DNA from: Eledone cirrhosa
Taxonomy: Eukaryota
Length of the DNA: 64,000 nucleotides
Direction of reading: 5' to 3'
NCBI GenBank assembly: GCA_964016885.1
Contig: OZ024743.1
Coordinates: 179,180,001 to 179,244,000 of the forward strand
Shown here: positions 1 through 11,499 of the stretch, one piece after another
Position numbering within the stretch: the first letter of the stretch is position 1
Layout: each line of letters starts with the position of its first letter
The notes under the pieces: generated by a model
Told to the model about the DNA's origin: nothing
Databases searched by the model: none
Seen by the model: only the letters and a program-made list of their open reading frames with translations
Made by a program: the position numbers and the translations under genes

Positions 1-965
1 GGAAAACTCTGATATAACACCTGCAACCCTGATGGTATCCAATGATGTTGACTTGTTCTTCTTTTTGGTAAATATCATCTTGGTTAAGAGAGTGGGACTG
101 GCTTTGTGCAGTGCCTTTGCTCACTATAAAAGCTTCACAGCACAGGCATTGCTTTATATCTGGAGATCTCTCTGCACTTGTCATCACATGGTACCATGGG
201 CCCTGCACTATGTGTCAATAATGGTCACAAGTGTAGTCTTTGTACCAGAGTTTTCAAGTCGCTGGCTGGACTAAAAAGTCACATTCGTTCAGCGCATCGG
301 TAGGGGTTCTCCTACATGGATATAAAGTAGTGGCCGTACTCGAAAACGAGTTGGCAGCCACCATGTATGTATGTATGTAACATGTATCCCAGTACAACCT
401 GTCTCATGGTCGGGTCGTTGGCGACTAAACTGGCAACCCCACCAAGGTTTCTTGGTGAGGAGGGTGACTTTGGACATCCTGCAGGACTAAAAACAAAACC
501 TGTCAAAGGGCAAGGGAGCTCTTAAGAGTCAATAGCCATCCAAAATCACCGGGAGAGATGACCCCTTAGCCTTTGTCAAGGCAGAATTCTAGGAGAAGGA
601 AAACTCTGATATAACACCTGCAACCCTGATGGTGTCCAATGATGTTGACTTGCTCTTCTTTTTGGTAAATATCATCTTGGTTAAGAGAGTGGGACTGGCT
701 TTGTGCAGTGCCTTTGCTCACTATAAAAGCTTCACAGCACAGGCATTGCTTTATATCTGGAGATCTCTCTGCACTTATCATCACATGGTACCATGGGCCC
801 TGCACTATGTGTCAATAATGGTCACAAGTGTAGTCTTTGTACCAGAGTTTTCAAGTCGCTGGCTGGACTAAAAAGTCAGATTCGTTCAGCGCATCGGTAG
901 GGGTTCTCCTACATGGATATAAAGTAGTGGCCGTACTCGAAAACGAGTTGGCAGCCACCATGTAT
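1..965 (+). repeat. Tandem duplication, 597-bp period, of a non-coding retroelement-like unit ending in (TATG)n
   Basis: 1-~368 is nearly identical to 598-~965. ORFs 32..274 and 629..871 are near-identical peptides offset by 597. The unit ends in a TATG microsatellite tail. The 381-620 part resembles RTE-type LINE 5'UTRs (recall only). Confidence 0.85.
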
Positions 966-1002
966 GTGTCTATATGTATGTACATGTATATATGTATGTA
1001 TA

Positions 1003-1075
<73 letters not shown>

Positions 1076-2329
1076 GTATGTTTACATGTGTATGTATCTG
1101 TACATGTATATGTGTATATGGGGGTATAGATGTGTATGTGTGGATACAGATATGTATGGATATGTATATATATGATTATATGCATACATGTGTATGTATA
1201 TTTAGGTTTGCATCTATTTGCACGTATGTATATGTTGGTTAGATATCAATATAACTGTACCTCTCTCTATATGTGGTGTGAATATATGCACTTTTTAGAC
1301 TATGAAATTTATGTGTTTTAACTATGCCAACATGTACTTATCTGAGTTTGATTGTTTATGCATAAACATACTTAGTAATATTTTAGAGCGTATAATATGT
1401 TATATTATACTGATGCAATTTACCACACCGTACTATATTCTGTTGGTTAAGTTATATATTATCGCATTACTATATCACATTATCTAATTATAATTTTCAT
1501 CTTTTAATATACTATCTTTCCTAGCCATGACATTAATTTATATTCACCTTAACACTCAATACAACACTAATCCCCATTTATTTTGACATTCCTTTTAAAT
1601 TCACTATACAAGATACATTCAACTATCAGTTTGACAATCCCCTTCCTTCCTAATAGATTTTTATGCCATTTCTACTAACACCTTTCAACCATTCCTTTCA
1701 AAGGGTCATGACCTCAACTAAAGTGTATTACTTTTCATCTTAACACCATATGAAAAAAACAATTTGATTCGTTAGTTCTTCAACTACCTCCAAATATGGA
1801 CATGATACTAATTCTGAGTAACATTATTATTGAATAAAATTATTATTGCTTTTGAAAACCGCTAGTGATATGCATGTAAGTAAATATACTCTCTATCTGA
1901 TAGTTTGTAAACTTACATAGATCAATAACTGAGTAAAGATACAATGTATTATCTAGAAACGATCGTAAAGCAGTGAAGTATATCTCTAATGACTTGATTT
2001 TTTATTTCATAGTTTTAACTTATATCATGACGTAGTTTTCCCTTTATGTTTTATTGTTTTCCCTTTATGTTTTATTGTTTTCTGAAATTTATCTTAACCT
2101 ACAACATTTTCAACATATGGATTACATTGAGTTCTTCATACAGAATAGACCCCACAACTTACAGTGGATACCTCTGTGTATATATATATATATGTATACA
2201 TGTATATATATATATGTATATATATATATGCATGTATATGTACATATATACATTCCAACAACACGAAATATGAACAGATCTTCTTCAACCCTTAATTTCT
2301 GATTTTTCAATTTTAATATTTAATATTTA

Positions 2330-2530
2330 ATAAGTTGAAATACATCGAAACACCGGTACTCTCTTATATATTTTATAAAACCATTTATAAAAAAAAAAAT
2401 GTTTTCCTTTTTTCAAAAATAACACTTTGTCATAGTAAAGAAGGAAAAGAGATTCTTTAACTATACTTCCGTGCAATTTCCATTCTTTCATTTGTTCTAC
2501 AAGCTTTGATTTATATAGAACGTTACCCCC
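2330..2530 (+). mobile_element. Decayed PLE pLTR-like remnant, homologous to 21725-21945
   Basis: Shared blocks: aatacatcgaaa..ccggta, aaaaa..aatgtt..cct, ccgtgc.atttcca..ttcat, tatagaac..ttac..ccc. Confidence 0.5.
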
Positions 2531-2567
2531 TTTTAAACTATATATATGTATATATATATATATATAA

Positions 2568-3322
2568 AATCAACTTTAACAAACATACAATCGAATTCTC
2601 TTATTCCACCACTTCCAACATCTCTAACATTAGCTCTAAACACAATAATAAAATATTAAATAATAAATTACATCCATCCAACACTGAACGTCATAATAAT
2701 AGCAATAGTAAACCCACGTCATTGTTAACTCTAGGCTAGATTCAATAAATTTAAATACGACGTCAAACGTAACTTCGTTGAATGTTCATAACACCAATCT
2801 AAATCAGGAAACTATAGTTCCTATCGTAAATAACTTCTCCAATCCAATTCCTTCTATAAATAATACTAGATCACTTGTTAATAACTCTGGTAATTTCTCT
2901 AATCGTAATTGTAATTGCCCTGTTAGAACTAAATGTCCTCTTAATAACCAATGCCTTGATAAAAACTTAGTGTATGAATGTAAGGTTATAACTGGTACTA
3001 ATTCTTTTACCTATTTCGGTTCCACTTCCACTTCCTTTAAAGCAATTCGTCTTTTAAATACCAACTTAAAAGAACTAACGCGGCACTCTTGGAACTCATA
3101 TGGTCCTTAAAAGACAAAAATATTAACTATAACATCTTTTGGAGGAGGGTTTGCAACGCCTTTCCCTACCGGAATTCTTCCCTATCCAGAACATGTAATC
3201 TCTGCATAGCTGAGAAATTTACCATTATCTCTAATTTTAATTCTATAATAAATAAACGTACGGATTTATTTTCGCTCTGCTTGTATAAATCCCATAGAAC
3301 TTTCCATAAAGTATACAGCTAA
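2568..3322 (+). pseudogene. Penelope-like (Naiad-type) GIY-YIG endonuclease C-terminal fragment, with stops and frameshifts
   Basis: Motifs across ORFs 2506, 2778 and 3089: FNKHTIEFSYS..N, CNC..KCPLNNQCL..NLVYECKV..YFGST..FK, IWSLKDK..W, CNLCIAEK..INKRTDL..C. Confidence 0.85.
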
Positions 3323-4185
3323 TATCTCAATACCTAATTAGTTTTAAAATCTTCTTTTCTCAAACGCTTTTAAATCTTTTACAAATATACCCATCTTTCT
3401 ACCTTATTTTAGTATATTATATTATACGATTTACTCATTCTATGTCGTTGTGATCCCCTATCTTTCTTCTTTTTATCCTTTTTCCTTTCTTCCTTTCTTC
3501 TTTTCTTAATATATAATAATATTACCATTAGTATTACCATTAGTAAATTTTGTAAACAAATATATATATTTTTTCTTCTTTAAACTTTCTCCTTTCTTCT
3601 CTCCTTCCGTGCTCGTATTAAACCTATTATCTACTTTTACATATTACAATACATAAAAACAATCTTAAACCCTAACTAATTCCTCTAAATTCATAATTTA
3701 TTTAATCTCTCATTCACTCATATTATATCCTTCATATTTTTATTTTAATAATACATATTAATAAATTCTTTTTTCGCACATATTATTAAACCCTTCAATA
3801 TATAAACCTTAAATAAATACCTCTCTTAATTCCTTTTTCTTTAATCATAAACATCACCATTCATAAACCTCATTAACTTTTAATTTCAAAATCTTTTTAA
3901 ATTTTTCTATTATCTTTCAACGGTTTTTTTATTTCTCTCTGAGACAATGTTCTTCTCTATTTTAAAGGCTATTTCTCTCTCTCTATCACTCATTTCTCCT
4001 CCTCTCTCATCCTTCCTTCTTATACCCCTCCCCGTCATGCTGTTCCTTCTTCCTCTTCCCTACCTTGTCCTACCCTCCAACCTTTATTCCCCCAATCTCA
4101 TATATCCATCTTACTTTATTTTTCATATGTTGATTTAACACTTCACTGCTCGCAAGTGTTTTTTAAGCTTCATATCATGTCTCCC

Positions 4186-4256
4186 TATTTTATCTGACGA
4201 AAACGCAAATATCATCCCATGATGATATTTGTTTTTGAAATGCGCATAATAAAATA
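4186..4256 (+). ncRNA. Type I hammerhead ribozyme (minimal PLE-type) in the 3' region of the PLE fragment
   Basis: Stem I tattttat/ataaaata, core CTGACGA (4194-4200), stem II caaatatcatc/gatgatatttg, GAAA (4237-4240), palindromic stem III tgcgca, AUA cleavage triplet. Confidence 0.85.
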
Positions 4257-4286
4257 CTTGGAACTCTTTTAATCATCTTTTGATCT

Positions 4287-4353
<67 letters not shown>

Positions 4354-4517
4354 ATATGTTGAAAAGGTAACACACCAGAGAGAGATATACAGTGCGCTAT
4401 CAAGAAAACAGGGAAAAACCACCAGTGTATGGAATCTATAACCTATGAAAGCAGACTATAGACACGATAATTAAAAATATAAATTAAAGCGTAAATAAAT
4501 ACCTCTATAACTATATA

Positions 4518-4611
4518 ACACACGTACAAATCCAAAGATACTAATCCAAAGATATGTTTCACCAGTAATTTGTTGAAAGAAATGGGTTAGCCCCGGTTCA
4601 TCAGCGTGTGT
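4518..4611 (-). ncRNA. Type I hammerhead ribozyme, copy 1
   Basis: Minus strand reads acacacg-CTGATGA-accgg...ctggt-GAAA-catatc...gatttg-TA-cgtgtgt: 7-bp stem I, GUA triplet. Confidence 0.85.
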
Positions 4612-5072
4612 AAGGCTATACATTTCAGACAACACTAAGAGAATTTTAAAAGTGACTGTCCAGCTACACGTGGGCGAGAGAAGTCACAGCGTGTTTAAGG
4701 GCAGTGAACCAGTGGCCTCTGAGGGACGAACTGCTAGAAAAGGCAGCCCAAAGCCACTCAGAGAAGTGTGCTCAACCAAACAGAGATAGGAAAGACTGTT
4801 ATTAGGAGCGAAATATCACGATAAATTAACGGAGGCATAGGCCCTCGCTATTCCCTGTAAATAATGTGCTCAAAGGGGAAGAAATCCTGAGCTCGTTAAA
4901 ATACAATATGTTGAAAAGGTAACACACCAGAGAGAGATATACAGTGCGCTATCAATAAAACAGGGAAAAAAACCACCAGTGTATGGAATCTATAACCTAT
5001 GAAAGGCAGACTATAGACACGATAATTAAAAATATAAATTAAAGCGTAAATAAATACCTCTATAACTATATA

Positions 5073-5166
5073 ACACACGTACAAATCCAAAGATACTAAT
5101 CCAAAGATATGTTTCACCAGTAATTTGTTGAAAGAAATGGGTTAGCCTCGGTTCATCAGCGTGTGT
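5073..5166 (-). ncRNA. Type I hammerhead ribozyme, copy 2
   Basis: Same motif as 4518-4611 at +555. Confidence 0.85.
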
Positions 5167-5170
5167 AAGG

Positions 5171-5210
<40 letters not shown>

Positions 5211-5216
<6 letters not shown>

Positions 5217-5735
5217 GGAATAGAAGAAACGAAATTTCTTTTCTCACTCTTAGTGCGGCAGTTACTTAAATGTAAGTATGTATGTATACGTACATACATA
5301 TATGTATACAGACGTACAGTAGTATGTATATATATACATACATGCACACATATATGCAGGTATCAGTTTACCGACCATTTATTATAATGCTCGGTTTGTC
5401 TGTAAACAAACAAACAGCCCGAATTATGCCGTACAGTGTTTAGGCAACCACGTCACCTTTTTGTTCAACACTGACACAGGAACGATGTACTAGTTTCAAG
5501 CTTATTAGCTATCGTCAGCATCGTATACCTTCCTGTCAGATGGTTGAACGTCTGAAAGTGTATACTTTCCGTATGCATATTAACGGCTGAGCAGCCTAAT
5601 TTGCATATCGAGTGAGTTTAGTCGGACGGGCCCACCGAAAACGATAAATGGAATAGAAGAAACGAAATTTCATTTCTCACTCTTAGTACCGCACTTACTT
5701 AAATGTAAGTATGTATGTATGTATGTATGTATACA
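5211..5735 (-). mobile_element. Retrozyme-like element: 433-bp unit plus partial tandem repeat, one HHR
   Basis: ataaatggaatagaagaaacgaaatttc...cttaaatgtaagtatgtatgtat occurs at 5211 and 5644. A second dispersed copy lies in the opposite orientation at 53996-54395. Confidence 0.8.
5482..5524 (-). ncRNA. Minimal type I hammerhead ribozyme
   Basis: Minus strand reads acgatg-CTGACGA-tagct aata agctt-GAAA-ctag-TA-catcgt. All core nucleotides are canonical. Confidence 0.9.
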
Positions 5736-5744
5736 TATATATCT

Positions 5745-5908
5745 ATGAAAAGATTCAGCACCCCGACGGCTGAGCTTCCGTCGTTTCGAAACGGCCGGAG
5801 CTCAGCCGTCGGGGTCCTGAATCTTTTCATATTACCCCCCTTACTACCCCAAGTATCGAGTATTATGGTACGTTATGGTCCACCCGGTATCTTACCACAC
5901 CCTCTTTG
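5745..5908 (+). mobile_element. Fold-back HHR-tail element, GAGCTC family (diverged copy)
   Basis: Palindrome 5745-5830 centred on tttcgaaa, then the family tail attaccc..actaccc.aagtat.gagta..tggt.cgttatggtccac. Confidence 0.75.
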
Positions 5909-6203
5909 TGCTTTGTTTTATATATATTTATATAAGGCAAAACAAAAAACAATTTGTTAAGGGTAAATCTTATAAAGCTATCTTTTAAAAATATTAATAC
6001 AAACAGAAAAAAGAGAACTTCTGGGTGATCGGCCGTTGAGTTGGAATTTGGCAGTTTCGAACTCTACCAATGTTACCTCTCGTCAACCTGGAGTCAGAGC
6101 CAAAACGCTGTCTAGTGGTGTACAAGAGGAAAGACAAATTTATAGCAATCAAATATATGTGTATGTATATAGAAAAATGTCCTCACTTTAATTTTAGTTT
6201 GTT

Positions 6204-6502
6204 TTGAGCAATATAGGCTTGTGTTTTGTTGAAAGATCACAGTTCCGATACTATGGACATGTGGGTAGAATGTCTCAGGAAAATATCACTGGACAGATTT
6301 TACAGTCAAAACCAAACGCCAGGAGATCCAGGGGTAGAGCCGGAGCTAGTTGGTTGGATAACATCCATGAGTTTGGCTGGTCAGGCTTTCTGATCCATCC
6401 TGATCAGTTGGTGATGGCTGCTTTTGACAAGACCCGATGGAAGGAATGCATCAGGACACCGCCCCCACGACCATCTCAGTAATAAGTGGACGAAGAAGAA
6501 GG
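6204..6502 (+). mobile_element. 3' fragment of an RTE-type LINE
   Basis: ERSQFRYYGHVGRM...RRSRGR..SWLDNI...AFDKTRWK is a typical RTE C-terminus, followed by a (GAA)n tail. Confidence 0.75.
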
Positions 6503-6515
6503 ATAATTATGTAAA

Positions 6516-6555
<40 letters not shown>

Positions 6556-7383
6556 GCCTGCCCGCCTAGCCAGTGGGATGGCGTCATCATATGGCTAAAA
6601 CATCACGTGCTGTAACCAGCGGCGCCGAATGGCGCCCGACAGACTGGTCGGTCAAGGTGATCAAGGTGATATATATATATTTAATACATTAACAGAGAAA
6701 GCTTTAAGCGATACTCTGACCAACTCTATCTCACTCAACAAACATTAGGATATACCTAAGTATAATCCCAATTAAGTGTTTGGGGTGCTAACTATATAGT
6801 ATTCCGTGGAAAGTTGGTTGTATTATTTTATATTAGACATAATTAAATAAACCTCTCTTTCTTTCCATACGATCGTTTCGTTATAAGATTTCTACAAGTT
6901 GGGATAAATAATGTCCAAGTTATGTAGAAACTTGTATATAATCCATAGATATACACACAAGCGAGCCCTTATAACTCATCATTAGATGCCCATGCAATAT
7001 CGATATAAAAAACTACATCGGTATTAATAATTAGTGATGGTCTCCGTCAGTGCTAGAAAGACAGCTAGATTCGAAAAGCCAGTAGTCCTTCAAAAAGAAA
7101 ATTCACACTGTCCCCAAAAGGGAAAGGCGAGGTCATCGTAAAATATAAAATAATATACACTCTGGTCATTGAAGCCTGTTAGGTATTTTAACCACGTGTT
7201 TAAGAACTCAATTGGATATTAAACAAATAAATATATGTATGTACCATCTATACACACATAGAGATATTTAAAAAAATAATAAATATATGTACGTACTATC
7301 TATACATACATATAGGTATTTTCTCAGGCAAAGTATATATATATGACAAGTAAGTATGTTTTGAAACAGTGAGCAGGTTTGAA

Positions 7384-7625
7384 ATTAGAAAATAGAATAG
7401 CTTTCACCGTATTTTTTGACTAAATAAATTTTAGTCTGATAATGGGGTTTAGAACCCTCAGTTAAAGATGTATTACTGTAATGGTAGCACAGTGGTCTGG
7501 ATAACCAAAGATGTGGGTTCGACTCCCATGTACGTCAATACTCATCTTTTTCCATTTAACTGAGGGTTCTAAACCCTATTATCAGACTAAAATTTATTTA
7601 GTCAAAAATACAGTGAAAGCTATTC

Positions 7626-7636
<11 letters not shown>
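7384..7636. repeat. ~82-bp inverted repeats (7384-7466 / 7555-7636) enclosing a tRNA-like sequence
   Basis: The arms are reverse complements with few mismatches. The right arm ends at (TA)n. Confidence 0.85.
7467..7537 (+). tRNA. tRNA-like cloverleaf (pseudo-tRNA or SINE head; loop CTGGATA, apparent anticodon GGA)
   Basis: Acceptor gatgtat/gtacgtc, D arm ctgt-aatggta-gcac, anticodon arm tggt/acca, T arm gtggg-ttcgact-cccat, then T5 at 7547-7551. The D and anticodon stems have mismatches. Confidence 0.6.
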
Positions 7637-7662
<26 letters not shown>

Positions 7663-7969
7663 TCTTCTGGTTTTATAATTTTATAAATGTTTACCAATAG
7701 AGAGAGAGAGACTCGGTTTCTAACATAGATACAAGACTCTCTCATTGGAATTTAAACAACATCAATTAAGTAGATATGCATACATGTCTGCATGTATGGA
7801 CGTGTGTGCGGGTATGGATGTTAATGTATGTGTGGATGTGGATGTTTTGAGTTATATGTGTACATGTGCATATGCTTTGCATCTGCATATGTGTATATGC
7901 AGTTATTGGGGTCGATTTTTCCCTCCATCAAATTATTGGCCTTGTGCCTAAATCAGAAACCATTATTAA

Positions 7970-8088
7970 GTTGAGTTCAAATCCCGCCGACGTTAACTTT
8001 GCCTTTCATCCTTACGGGGTCGATAAAATAAAGTACCAGTAATGTACTGGTTTATTGATGGCCTTGTGCCAAAAGTAGAAACAATTAT
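7970..8088 (+). mobile_element. tRNA-derived SINE fragment (Meta-domain-like family)
   Basis: gagttcaaatcccgccga.gttaactttgcctttcatccttacggggtcgataaaataaagtaccagt, a family repeated more than 15 times in the window. Confidence 0.8.
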
Positions 8089-8765
8089 TATAAGCAAATG
8101 GGTTCCACGCGCTGGCCGATCCGTGGACCTGGTGGACAGAATAGCGAACGCAAAGTTTCATTGTGACAATGACTGTGACAAGACTGGTGTTTGGAATTGC
8201 TGGTTCAACTAATTCTAGCCTCCAGAAGAGCCTGGAGTAACCTGAAATACAATGTTTTACTCAAGTACTCAATGCTCCGTCGATGAGTATCGGTCTGACG
8301 ACGTTAGTATTGTTGGTGGTGTACCCCTAACCACTAAAGCACGTTCCTTCACACAGCACAAGTAACAACAATATTTAAAAGCAACTGTTGAACGACGTCA
8401 TAACTACATCTACTGCTGCAACAACAACAACAGTAGCAGTATTTATGATGGCTGTGGTTGCAACAACAACAACAACAACAACTGCAGCAGCGATAAAATC
8501 ACACACACACACGCACTTACAACATCATACACACACACACACACATAGACACACTTACAATAACACACGTACACCTACAATAACGACAGCCACAGTAGCA
8601 ATACACACATACACACACCTACAATAATCGCACACACACACACGCACACACACACACACAATAACAATAACACAAATTGGGTTTCGATATTTCACAACAC
8701 ATTTAGAACCATAGCAACGAAGATTTGGTGAACAACAATAATAATAGCTGCAGTAACAGCTAAAG

Positions 8766-8827
<62 letters not shown>

Positions 8828-8829
8828 AT

Positions 8830-8861
<32 letters not shown>

Positions 8862-8901
8862 ACTACTACTACTACTACTAATTACTACTACTACTACTAC
8901 T

Positions 8902-8945
<44 letters not shown>

Positions 8946-8947
8946 AT

Positions 8948-9003
<56 letters not shown>

Positions 9004-9026
9004 GAACTACTACTACTACTACTAAT

Positions 9027-9076
<50 letters not shown>

Positions 9077-9078
9077 AT

Positions 9079-9110
<32 letters not shown>

Positions 9111-9133
9111 GAACTACTACTACTACTACTAAT

Positions 9134-9168
<35 letters not shown>

Positions 9169-9191
9169 GAACTACTACTACTACTACTAAT

Positions 9192-9250
<59 letters not shown>

Positions 9251-9280
9251 ATTACTACTACTACTACTACTAATAATAAT

Positions 9281-9312
<32 letters not shown>
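8766..9312. repeat. (CTA)n microsatellite with recurrent AATT and AGAA interruptions
   Basis: Direct reading. An inverted (TAG)n tract follows at about 9404-9480. Confidence 0.95.
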
Positions 9313-9408
9313 TTTATTACTAGAACTACAACCACTACCATCACCACTACTACTAGGACGAATAGTCGAGCTGCCTGTACTAAAATACTTAAAACATAAG
9401 GCCAGTAA

Positions 9409-9477
<69 letters not shown>

Positions 9478-9534
9478 CAGCAGCCACATTGTCACCACTA
9501 ACAACTATCAACTAACCAACAATTTGGACAACAG

Positions 9535-11295
9535 CACCTCGACATAATAACAACAACAGTAACAACAACAACACCTAGATATAACAACAACAACAGTAAC
9601 AACAACAACACCTAGATATAACAACAACAACAGTAACACCAACAACACCTAGATATAACAACAACAACAGTAACAACAACACCTAGATATAACAACAACA
9701 ACAGTAACAACAACAACACCTAGATATAACAACAACAACAGTAACACCAACAACACCTAGATATAACAACAACAGTAACAACAACACCTAGATATAACAA
9801 CAACAACAGTAACAACAACAACACTGAGATATAACAATAACAACAGTGACAACAACAACACCTAGATATAACAACAACAACAGTGACAACAACAGCACTG
9901 AGATATAACAATAACAACAGTGACAACAACAACACCTTGATATAACAACAACAACAGTAACACCAAGATATAACAATAACAACAGTAACAACAACAGCAC
10001 CTAGATATAACAATAACAACAGTAACACCAACAACACCTTGATATAACAACAACAACAGTAACACCAACAACACTGAGATATAACAACAACAACAGTAAC
10101 AACAACACCTAGATATAACAACAACAACAGTAACAACAACAACACTGAGATATAACAATAACAACAGTGACAACAACAACACCTAGATATAACAATAACA
10201 ACAGTAACACCAACAACACCTTGATATAACAACAACAACAGTAACACCAACAACACCTAGATATAACAATAACAACAGTAACACCAACAACACCTAGATA
10301 TAACAACAACAACAGCAACAACAGCACCTAGATATAACAACAACAACAGTAACACCAACAACACCTAGATATAACAACAACAACAGTAACACCAACAGCA
10401 CCTAGATATAACAACAACAACAGTAACACCAACAACACCTAGATATAACAACAACAACAGCAACAACAGCACCTAGATATAACAACAACAACAGTAACAC
10501 CAACAACACCTAGATATAACAACAACAACAGTAACAACAGCACCTAGATATAACAACAACAACAGTAACAACAGCACCTAGATATAACAACAACAACAGC
10601 AACAACAGCACCTAGATATAACAACAACAACAGTAACACCAACAACACCTAGATATAACAACAACAACAGTAATAACAACACCTAGATATAACAACAACA
10701 ACAGTGACACCAACAACACCTAGATATAACAACAACAACAGTAACAACAACACCTAGATATAACAACAACAACAGTGACAACAATAACACCTAGATATAA
10801 CAACAACAACAGTAACACCAACAGCACCTAGATATAACAACAACAACAGTAACACCAACAGCACCTAGATATAACAACAACAACAGTAACAACAACACCT
10901 AGATATAACAACAACAACAGTGACAACAATAACACCTAGATATAACAACAACAACAGTGACAACAACAACACCTAGATATAACAACAACAACAGTGACAA
11001 TAACAGCACTTTGATATAACAATAACAACAGTAACAACAACAACACCTAGATATAACAACAACAACAGTAACACCAACAATACCTAGATATAACAACAAC
11101 AACAGCAACAACAGCACCTAGATATAACAACAACAACAGTAACACCAACAGCACCTAGATATAACAACAACAACAGTGACAACAACAACACCTAGATATA
11201 ACAACAACAACAGTGACAACAACAACACCTAGATATAACAACAACAACAGTGACAACAAAAGCACCTTGATATAACAATAACAACAGTAACAAAA
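9535..11295. repeat. Minisatellite, 34/37-bp unit (cacctagatataacaacaacaacagtaacaacaa[caa])
   Basis: cctag recurs at 9574, 9611, 9648, 9682 and onward. The unit length is not a multiple of 3. Confidence 0.95.
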
Positions 11296-11499
11296 ATACC
11301 AGCAACATCATACTTTATAAATGAGGCACGGCGCCAGCAATTTGAGGATTGGTGAATGTCGATTAACAACCCTAGTATTTTACTGGTACTTTAATCTAGC
11401 GACAGCGGAAGAATAAGAAACAAAGTTGACCCCAGCGGGATTTCAACCCAGAAAGTAAAGTAGGAACGTAGTGAAATGTTGAATAATAATGGTTTCTTA

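Larger units (their letters stand above)
4347..5175 (-). mobile_element. Retrozyme-like non-coding element: two ~275-bp direct repeats, each with an HHR, around a 280-bp spacer, inside (TA)n
   Basis: 4347-4620 matches 4901-5175 (offset about 555). Both ends abut (TA)n and there is no meaningful ORF. Confidence 0.85.

Noticed and set aside
1925-1975. HHR-like ctgagta-agata..tatct-gaaa-cgatcg-ta
   Set aside because: G8 is mutated and there is no stem I; possibly a relic but unsupported.
2778-3322. Selenoprotein-type Naiad (UGA at conserved Cys)
   Set aside because: The conserved Cys codons are TGT/TGC here and in the 39.8-kb remnant.
9535-11295. CRISPR-like regular spacing of cctagatata
   Set aside because: The intervening sequences are near-identical AAC runs rather than unique spacers; eukaryotic context and no cas genes.
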